Source of the DNA: Escherichia phage vB_EcoS-G3B1
Sequence record: MZ234033.1
Reading direction: 5' to 3' (one strand)
Length of the DNA stretch: 51,299 nucleotides
Shown here: piece by piece, positions 45,690 to 51,299 of the stretch
Position numbering within the stretch: the stretch's first letter is position 1
How the letters are laid out: every line of letters starts with the position of its first letter
The notes under the pieces: model-generated
What the model was told of the DNA's origin: nothing
Databases searched by the model: none
What the model saw: only the letters and a program-made list of their open reading frames with translations
Translations under genes and position numbers: made by a program

Positions 45690-45744
45690 TTCGATGTGAT
45701 TATGCCAGGTTTTTACACCTGGCTTTTAACAAAAAGTGCTATTT
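45690..45744 (-). promoter_or_regulatory. Cassette motif + hairpin + CATAAT + CACATCGAAC leader (minus)
   Basis: Minus-strand AAATAGCACTTTTTGTTAAAA, hairpin GCCAGGTGTAAAAACCTGGC, CATAATCACATCGAACAAAC. Confidence 0.55.
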
Positions 45745-46455
45745 TGAGTTTGACTCAAATACGGCGCGAGCAAATCCGCGCGGAGTGAGGGAGCGGATCA
45801 TCTTTGTGCGTGATGAATTGCCGCCAGTTTTGGCCCACCCTGGATTATCTTTGTCTTTCTCTTTCGGCAGGATTAAAGCGCGTGGAGGAATAACAAAGCC
45901 GTTGCCAGTCCAGAGGCATGTTTTCTTAAAGTAGCGATCCCGCGCCGGAATAATATCAGGGAAGTCGGGATGTTTATCATCTTCCGGCAGATAGCCAGCG
46001 TAATCGCACGGATGGAACGTATAATCAGGCTTTCGCCATAACGTTGACAACTTGCCAACCGGATTTTCGATCATGTATGGAACACCGAAATAATCAGCTA
46101 TATCAGCCGCGATCCTGCAAGTGTCTGCGGCCTCATCCTGGAAAGATGGATTTTTAAGGCGCTTTTTAGCCCAATGGCGAGATCCGCTATTTGCAAGGTC
46201 GGTGCATGGTGGGAAGGCCATAATAAAATCAGGATTGCCCCACTCATTATTGATTGCCTTAACATAAAAAGCATCATCAATCCAGACGTTAACGTATTCG
46301 ATATTCTCATGCTGTATGCGCACTGACTGGTAATCACCGTGATCGCCGCCGTCAGCATTAAAGCAAATGCACTTATAGCCATTATCAGCCCAATCTTTAA
46401 CGGCTTTACCAGATCCATCAAATAGGGAGAATATTAAACCTTTATACATCGTCAT
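45739..46455 (-). CDS. Minimal C5-cytosine-methyltransferase-like protein (no obvious target-recognition domain)
   Basis: Motif I-like FSLFDGSG, PC dipeptide in MAFPPCTDLANSG, ENV-like MIENPVG, C-terminal RSLTPRGFARA; only about 238 aa. Confidence 0.4.
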   Translation of the reverse strand: MTMYKGLIFSLFDGSGKAVKDWADNGYKCICFNADGGDHGDYQSVRIQHENIEYVNVWIDDAFYVKAINNEWGNPDFIMAFPPCTDLANSGSRHWAKKRLKNPSFQDEAADTCRIAADIADYFGVPYMIENPVGKLSTLWRKPDYTFHPCDYAGYLPEDDKHPDFPDIIPARDRYFKKTCLWTGNGFVIPPRALILPKEKDKDNPGWAKTGGNSSRTKMIRSLTPRGFARAVFESNSK

Positions 46456-46459
46456 TACC

Positions 46460-46684
46460 TCAAAACGGAAAACAGCGTGGACAACTAGGATCAAAATCGC
46501 ATCCACAATCATTAACAATCATAGTGGGATCTGCAAATATTGCGCTTGATTCAAGATCCATATCCATATCACCTAAAGCCTCATCAAGAGTCTTAATTTT
46601 ATATGCCACTTCAAGCGCCGCCTCTTTATTTAGTCCGGCATCTTCTGCCATTTGAAGGCGTTCAAAAAATCCGTCTTGACTCAT
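46460..46684 (-). CDS. Small acidic Cys-cluster protein (74 aa)
   Basis: D/E-rich with C-terminal CGCDFDPSCPRC; translationally coupled to neighbours. Confidence 0.5.
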   Translation of the reverse strand: MSQDGFFERLQMAEDAGLNKEAALEVAYKIKTLDEALGDMDMDLESSAIFADPTMIVNDCGCDFDPSCPRCFPF

Positions 46685-46797
46685 CGCATAATCCCCTTAA
46701 TAACAGCCAAGATAATAGCTAGGCCAGCAGCAGTAACCAAAAAACCAACCGCGCCAATAATCGAATAAAAAAAGAAATCAATAGCTTTATCTATCAT
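46681..46797 (-). CDS. Small hydrophobic peptide (38 aa)
   Basis: RBS GAGGTGGAA before ATG 46797; hand translation MIDKAIDFFFYSIIGAVGFLVTAAGLAIILAVIKGIMR; ATGA overlap with next gene. Confidence 0.3.
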   Translation of the reverse strand: MIDKAIDFFFYSIIGAVGFLVTAAGLAIILAVIKGIMR

Positions 46798-46838
46798 TTC
46801 CACCTCATTTAAAAGGCGGCAAAACGCCGCCAGATTAA

Positions 46839-47066
46839 TCAAAGAGCGCGCCAACTTTGAATATAGAAAGCATTTTCTTCCAGTAATTCTTTTACCTGAT
46901 CTTTATTGTATTTGCGCACCTTACCGCCTGGATGGATACCAATAAGATAGCCGCCTTTGCCCTCGGTGATAGTGATTTGGCTAATTCCGCAAGACTTATC
47001 AAGTTTTACAGCCACGCGGTGATGAGCGTCAATAGTTGACATAATGTTTAAAACTTTTGCTTTCAT
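46839..47066 (-). CDS. Small hypothetical protein (75 aa)
   Basis: ORF followed by hairpin GGCGGCAAAACGCCGCC. Confidence 0.5.
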   Translation of the reverse strand: MKAKVLNIMSTIDAHHRVAVKLDKSCGISQITITEGKGGYLIGIHPGGKVRKYNKDQVKELLEENAFYIQSWRAL

Positions 47067-47174
47067 TTAAATATCCTCAATTGAAATATGAATGGCGTCG
47101 TGCTCTTTTTCCGTCGCCGCCGTAATGGTCATTTGCAACCGCTACCATCCAGGCATTTTTAAAAATAAATAGCC

Positions 47175-47387
47175 TCATTTCTTATTTTTCATCTTAAATT
47201 TATGGCCCGGAACACCAGCGCCAATATAGCCATCGTTGTATTCCATCAAATAAAGGTGAAGACCATTATCTGAAATTAAATGAGGATCTTCTTTGAGGTT
47301 TCCCATTAGTGGGTATTCTTTTCCGCGCGTAAATTTCCAAATTGAGTTATAAGTTTCTACGCATTTAAGTTTTAATTGCTTTGCCAT
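47175..47387 (-). CDS. Small hypothetical protein (70 aa)
   Basis: Start overlaps upstream stop. Confidence 0.5.
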   Translation of the reverse strand: MAKQLKLKCVETYNSIWKFTRGKEYPLMGNLKEDPHLISDNGLHLYLMEYNDGYIGAGVPGHKFKMKNKK

Positions 47388-47584
47388 TAAATGATCTCCA
47401 TGTATGTTTCAAAGCCATTTAACTTGAACAGGCCGTTTTCACATTTGCGCACGTTCCAAGTTAGCCCTGAGTGGTACGCCTCCATATCATCAAGGTCAAT
47501 GGTGATTTCAGCACCTTTCTTAAACAAACCCTTTTCGTGAGACTTGTCGCGCTTAACAACTTTAACATCAACCTGATTTTCCAT
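47387..47584 (-). CDS. Small hypothetical protein (65 aa)
   Basis: RBS GAGGATTTAAAG before ATG 47584 after cassette leader; ORF-track start trimmed. Confidence 0.5.
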   Translation of the reverse strand: MENQVDVKVVKRDKSHEKGLFKKGAEITIDLDDMEAYHSGLTWNVRKCENGLFKLNGFETYMEII

Positions 47585-47599
47585 CTTTAAATCCTCGCT

Positions 47600-47660
47600 T
47601 GTTGTCGATGGGTGTAATATACCATTCAGGCGCACATCGTTTTTAACGAAAAGTGCTATT
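47600..47660 (-). promoter_or_regulatory. Cassette motif variant + TATATT + CCCATCGACAAC leader (minus)
   Basis: Minus-strand AATAGCACTTTTCGTTAAAA ... GGTATATTACACCCATCGACAACAAGCGAGGA. Confidence 0.5.
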
Positions 47661-47946
47661 CAACAACTTTTCCAGTTAAAGAGATAAGTTGCCTTGTAAT
47701 CTTGTGGCGGCGATACTTACGCGCAACAACAGGAAGGCTTTCACCGCTTTGATGACCAAAGCAGATCGGCAATTCACCTTCAAGGGAGCGGAAGCCACCA
47801 AATTCAAGATCCCGCACTGGCTTAGCGCGCCAGGCTTCAATAAATCCGCGTTCGTCACGAGTGATATAGCGGTATATGTTCGGGAGGGGCAATTGTATCC
47901 CCTCAAAATCCACGGTATCGGTATAGCTATAAAACTTAGAACTCAT
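47656..47946 (-). CDS. Small hypothetical protein (96 aa)
   Basis: Start taken at ATG 47946 (MSSKFYSY...); stop embedded in cassette motif. Confidence 0.45.
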   Translation of the reverse strand: MSSKFYSYTDTVDFEGIQLPLPNIYRYITRDERGFIEAWRAKPVRDLEFGGFRSLEGELPICFGHQSGESLPVVARKYRRHKITRQLISLTGKVVE

Positions 47947-48088
47947 AGTCAACAACTCCAAACTCATTGACGATTTGCGCCTTGTAGAATCCGCCATTTT
48001 TCGCCAGGTTGTAACAAGCGGCTACGGTTTCAAATTCGCGCGCTTCCGGCTGGCTGTTTTCGTGTTCCCAGGTAATCAGAGTAACCAT
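47936..48088 (-). CDS. Small hypothetical protein (50 aa)
   Basis: RBS GAGGATTTGAAA before ATG 48088 right after cassette leader; hand-translated MVTLITWEHENSQPEAREFETVAACYNLAKNGGFYKAQIVNEFGVVDYEF. Confidence 0.3.
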   Translation of the reverse strand: MVTLITWEHENSQPEAREFETVAACYNLAKNGGFYKAQIVNEFGVVDYEF

Positions 48089-48094
48089 TTTCAA

Positions 48095-48167
48095 ATCCTC
48101 GCATTCGTTGTCGATGCGTGTAATGTACAGGAATACGAGGATTGAGTTTTAACAAAAAGTGCTATTT
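48095..48167 (-). promoter_or_regulatory. Cassette motif + TACATT + CGCATCGACAACGA leader (minus)
   Basis: Minus-strand AAATAGCACTTTTTGTTAAAAC ... TACATTACACGCATCGACAACGAATGCGAGGA. Confidence 0.55.
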
Positions 48168-48429
48168 AGTCCAGAAATTCGATTTCACGCTCTCCAGTTA
48201 ACGGATCTGCAAGCCAGAATCCGAGCGGTTCGCCGTGAGCACCGCCATAGAATCCAAGCGCCGCCAGATCTTCACCTTTAACGAATACCAGATTTCCGCT
48301 ACGACTTACGTGAGAAACGTTAACGATAACCGGAAATGTGCGATCCTTAAATGCAGGCCGCAGGGCGTAACATCCGTTATTGAGCAAACGTGCTTTGCGC
48401 TTAACTGGAATAGGTGCATTAATTTTCAT
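48166..48429 (-). CDS. Small hypothetical protein (87 aa)
   Basis: RBS GGAGTAATAACC before ATG 48429. Confidence 0.5.
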   Translation of the reverse strand: MKINAPIPVKRKARLLNNGCYALRPAFKDRTFPVIVNVSHVSRSGNLVFVKGEDLAALGFYGGAHGEPLGFWLADPLTGEREIEFLD

Positions 48430-48655
48430 GGTTATTACTCCTTATCGTAAAGATTTAAAGACGTATAGTTTATTTCGGTAACTATATATCCGCATTGTTA
48501 TTTCTCGCAGCGCAATATATTCCTTCCTGTTTTCCGGAAGACTGGCGAGCAACAACAGACAGTATTTATAAGCGCGGTCAAGATTCCTTTCCGTGCCCCT
48601 GCAATATCCCTTATTGCGCCTGGAGCGGTACAGCCATAACAATTTCTTGAACATT
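48430..48655 (-). promoter_or_regulatory. Probable noncoding regulatory island inside the minus cassette array
   Basis: Inverted repeat TATAGTTA-N8-TAACTATA near 48463-48490 and TTTTCCGGAAG element; the overlapping ORFs lack an RBS and are arginine/tyrosine-rich. Confidence 0.35.
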
Positions 48656-48865
48656 TCAGATCCGCCCATACAGATCGCAAACTTCGTTGATAAAACAGCG
48701 TTGAGAATCTTTATCCTGCTTCTCAAAAATTGCGCGGCATTCAAACTTAAGATTATGCACGATGACTACAACCATATTTTCAGGCATTGAGCGGTTATAG
48801 CGTCGCGCGTCAGTGATTAAAACATCCATACCCATCTCATGTGCTTTCTTGATCACATCCAACAT
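48656..48865 (-). CDS. Small hypothetical protein (69 aa)
   Basis: RBS GGAGAAG before ATG 48865; ORF-track start trimmed. Confidence 0.45.
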   Translation of the reverse strand: MLDVIKKAHEMGMDVLITDARRYNRSMPENMVVVIVHNLKFECRAIFEKQDKDSQRCFINEVCDLYGRI

Positions 48866-49119
48866 TTTTTCTTCTCCTGCAATAAGCAAACATCATTGAT
48901 AAAATCAGCACGGCCCTTAATGTTGCTGATGTGGAACGTCTTTTCAGCGTACAGGCCATCACCTTCAATCACGATCATTACGCGAGTCGGTTTATTCACG
49001 GGCGCACACGAAAAGAGTGGTCGCGCCGGAAGAAATTTAGTGGTCACATCCAGGTTAGCCCTTGCGGCCCTGCAAAATGCCTCCGCCAGATCCAAATCAT
49101 TTTCGGTAATCACCGCCAT
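48853..49119 (-). CDS. Small hypothetical protein (88 aa)
   Basis: Start overlaps upstream stop. Confidence 0.5.
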   Translation of the reverse strand: MAVITENDLDLAEAFCRAARANLDVTTKFLPARPLFSCAPVNKPTRVMIVIEGDGLYAEKTFHISNIKGRADFINDVCLLQEKKKCWM

Positions 49120-49391
49120 TACTTCTTGATCTCCTTACTGATAAATTTCAGCACCTGGCGCAAGAAAACTTCGTTGTTGATAGTCGCTGGCAATTCTTCT
49201 TTCACTTCTTGCGGCAGATAGATATTGCCGTGCCAGGTCAAGCAATCGTAGTTGATACGATAAGAGCAAAGCCACTCGCAATCGTTATCTGCTTCCCAAA
49301 TGCAGAGTTGCAGAACATCGCCAAAATCTTCAACAGTCAGATCCAGACCGTGACGCTTGGCGAAATTGAAAGTGGTTTTGCTGATGTTCAT
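49119..49391 (-). CDS. Small acidic hypothetical protein (90 aa)
   Basis: First gene after cassette leader; RBS CAGGAGATAG. Confidence 0.5.
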   Translation of the reverse strand: MNISKTTFNFAKRHGLDLTVEDFGDVLQLCIWEADNDCEWLCSYRINYDCLTWHGNIYLPQEVKEELPATINNEVFLRQVLKFISKEIKK

Positions 49392-49411
49392 TTACTATCT
49401 CCTGAGCGGTT

Positions 49412-49472
49412 CGTTTCGATGTGTGTAATGTACCCGATCAGGTGGCCTGAGTTTTAACAAAAAGTGCTATTT
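49412..49472 (-). promoter_or_regulatory. Cassette motif + TACATT + CACATCGAAACGAAC leader (first minus cassette)
   Basis: Minus-strand AAATAGCACTTTTTGTTAAAAC ... GGGTACATTACACACATCGAAACGAACCGCTCAGGAG. Confidence 0.55.
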
Positions 49473-50084
49473 GACAGTTAGCACCAGGATTGTGATCGAA
49501 ATAATCAAAAGTAATCATTCGTAATCAAATCACGTCAAAATGATGATTGTCTTTGCAAATTTGATGAGAAAAGTAATCACGTTTAATCATTGGTTGCAGG
49601 GGAGATAGTGAAACCTTCCCCTCTTGCCTCACTTTTCCGCCTGGCTGTCAGTGGTTGTTGTCTTTTGTTCACCACTGTTACCGATTTCATGCGGCGTGTT
49701 TCCGCGCGGTTTTCCGGTGTATCGAAAACGGAAAAAACAAAAAAAATCCTTTATAATACATTGAAAATAAAGATTATTTATTTATATATATCTATAATGT
49801 TTTCTTTTTGTTCTCACTGTTACAGTGCTTTTTGTTGGGTGTGGTGTGGTTGTGTGTTGGTATATATGGATAGTTGCGCGCGCGGCGGATTGCATATGTA
49901 TATATACTTTTTCCGGCGGATTGCGTTAACAGCGTGAACAGAAAAATAACAGCACTGAAATCAATAACTTGCGCATGATTTTGTAGTTTTTCGATATTGG
50001 TAACGTTTTGAATACAACAAAAACATTGACACGCACCAAATAGCTTTTATAATGCGCCAACAGTCAACAACTGGAGGAAAGGAA
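49473..50084. promoter_or_regulatory. AT-rich divergent intergenic island with GTAATCA iterons, GT-rich tract and near-consensus sigma70 promoter (TTGACA 50026-50031, TATAAT 50048-50053)
   Basis: About 610 bp without credible ORF; shares GTTTTCCGGTGT(T)ATCGAA, GT-rich and TGTATGTATATA blocks with 28543-28967. Confidence 0.55.
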
Positions 50085-50549
50085 ATGGAACAGAAGACCA
50101 CTAAGGACTATTGCGATTGGCTTCGCGAGCTTGGTCGCCGCCTGGCTAGTGGCGATATTGAAGAGTATAAAATGTCACTAATTGACCTGGCCGGAATGTT
50201 AAGCGGTGACGACTGCTACAAGATCACGCGCAGTTCATCCTACAGCCGGACCATTATCAACCGCGTTCCAGAAGTAAGGGCCGCAGGTCGGGTAAGCATC
50301 AAGGTAGAGGAAACGGAAGATGATAAATTTTACGTTTTCCGCATGGTCCGCGAATCGAAAAGGAAAATCATCACACCCGAAGAATTGCCAGCCATCAAGG
50401 CAAGGGCGATCAAAAAGTTTGCCGATCGCATACTGGCAGCAATCCCGAATATCGTGGACCTGGAAGGGGATAAACTGGCTGGGGCTTGCGAGGGTGTAAG
50501 CCGCTACCAGGATATGATCCGCGAAATCATCAAAGAGGAAGAGCAATGA
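50085..50549 (+). CDS. Hypothetical early protein (154 aa)
   Basis: RBS GGAGGAAAGGAA before ATG 50085, directly downstream of consensus promoter; ORF-track start 50052 lies inside the -10. Confidence 0.55.
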   Translation: MEQKTTKDYCDWLRELGRRLASGDIEEYKMSLIDLAGMLSGDDCYKITRSSSYSRTIINRVPEVRAAGRVSIKVEETEDDKFYVFRMVRESKRKIITPEELPAIKARAIKKFADRILAAIPNIVDLEGDKLAGACEGVSRYQDMIREIIKEEEQ

Positions 50550-50818
50550 AAAAGGCATTAATCAGCGTTTTGGCGGCAATGGCATTCCTGACCGGATGCA
50601 AAGAAGATGGCGCGCATGTTGGCAATGTGCAGATGGCTAACCCTGGCGATGACTACAGCGTAAGGGAGCTATTCACCGCTGACGGTTGCACCGTTTACCG
50701 ATTCTATGACGATCGCACTGTTTACTTCACCAACTGCAAGGGCACTACTAGCTGGGAAGTGTCGAAAAGCAATGGCAAAGGCACGAAGACAGAACATATG
50801 ACCGTCGAGACAAAATAG
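50546..50818 (+). CDS. Early lipoprotein (90 aa; candidate superinfection exclusion or receptor-masking protein)
   Basis: Signal peptide with lipobox LTGC (MKKALISVLAAMAFLTGC); ATGA overlap with upstream gene. Confidence 0.55.
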   Translation: MKKALISVLAAMAFLTGCKEDGAHVGNVQMANPGDDYSVRELFTADGCTVYRFYDDRTVYFTNCKGTTSWEVSKSNGKGTKTEHMTVETK

Positions 50819-50874
50819 CACTTTTTGTTAAAACGCCAGGCGCAAAGCCTGGCATAATAGCCTCATCGAAACGA
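50813..50874 (+). promoter_or_regulatory. Cassette motif + hairpin + CATAAT + CATCGAAACGAGATTG leader
   Basis: AAATAGCACTTTTTGTTAAAAC on stop codon, hairpin GCCAGGCGCAAAGCCTGGC, CATAAT, CTCATCGAAACGAGATTGAGGAAA. Confidence 0.55.
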
Positions 50875-50890
50875 GATTGAGGAAACAAAA

Positions 50891-51076
50891 ATGGCACGTC
50901 GCATCACCAAAGACCTTAAAGTCCTGAACAAAGAAAACGTAGTTAAAATCCTGGTTATCTGGGGCTACAACGAAGAAACAGCAAAGCAGAAGGTAGAGGC
51001 AGGTTATGACCTGGCTGTAAAAGCAATGCCAAACGATGACGCCAAAGGCATTGCAAACTATGTAGCGTTCTTTTAA
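50891..51076 (+). CDS. Small hypothetical protein (61 aa)
   Basis: First ORF after cassette leader. Confidence 0.5.
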   Translation: MARRITKDLKVLNKENVVKILVIWGYNEETAKQKVEAGYDLAVKAMPNDDAKGIANYVAFF

Positions 51077-51091
51077 TTAGCAGGTGAATAG

Positions 51092-51277
51092 ATGAAAACG
51101 AAACTAGTCCATAAGTCAGAAATCAAGATCGGCGATACTGTGATTCACAACGGCGAGCTTAGAACGGTTGGCAAGGAGTCAATAAGCCACGATGAATTTA
51201 TGGGGATCTTGTTGTTCGGTGACTCTTATCGTCTTGGTTACAAGATGGTTGAGCTTGTGGAAGAGGTCAAATTCTAA
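51092..51277 (+). CDS. Small hypothetical protein (61 aa), runs across the circular junction
   Basis: RBS AGGTGAATAG; C-terminal ELVEEVKF resembles the EFEEVK ends of 1171..1634 proteins; stop inside cassette motif. Confidence 0.5.
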   Translation: MKTKLVHKSEIKIGDTVIHNGELRTVGKESISHDEFMGILLFGDSYRLGYKMVELVEEVKF

Positions 51278-51299
51278 ATAGCACTTTTTGTTAAAACTC

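Noticed and set aside
49590-49937. ORF 49590..49937 (+, 115 aa) inside the AT-rich island
   Set aside because: No RBS, low-complexity product (poly-C/W/V stretches) and overlap with promoter-like and repeat elements; more likely noncoding.

Overview
This window is a complete, circularly closed genome of a virulent T1-like (Drexlerviridae-type) siphovirus: bases 1-127 are identical to 51173-51299, giving a unit length of 51,172 bp. The T1-like assignment rests on a lambda-like M-L-K-I-J tail-tip module, a unimolecular spanin (N-terminal lipobox plus C-terminal TM helix), a SAR endolysin, a Dam-type N6-adenine methyltransferase with an NPPY motif, an Erf/SSB/exonuclease recombination module and a Cor-like lipoprotein; no integrase or repressor was seen. 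Layout: 1-7200 early small-gene cassettes on + (including a separate T4 Pnkp-like 3'-phosphatase and a P-loop kinase); 7278-27275 packaging, head and tail genes; 27302-28466 minus-strand tail accessory genes plus lipoprotein; 28968-31515 recombination; 31548-36073 minus-strand tail fibres, primase and HTH protein; 36161-42586 helicase, VRR-NUC nuclease, Dam, HTH-phosphoesterase and lysis cassette; 42601-49391 minus-strand early cassettes; 50085-51277 early genes on +. The most striking feature is a dispersed ~21-bp motif (AATAGCACTTTTTGTTAAAAC, about 20 copies, always intergenic) that starts on the stop codon of the upstream gene, is usually followed by a GC hairpin, an ATAAT-type -10-like hexamer and a conserved CATCGAAACGA leader, and so delimits modular small-gene cassettes; inverted copies abut the ribosome-binding sites of several late genes. 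Other notable points are a -1 frameshift site (A_AAA_AAC) in the tail chaperone gene, two paralogous AT-rich intergenic islands, a minimal C5-methyltransferase-like protein, and two lipoproteins. All functional calls are from motif reading and synteny without database searches; coordinates of short motifs are accurate to about 2 bp.
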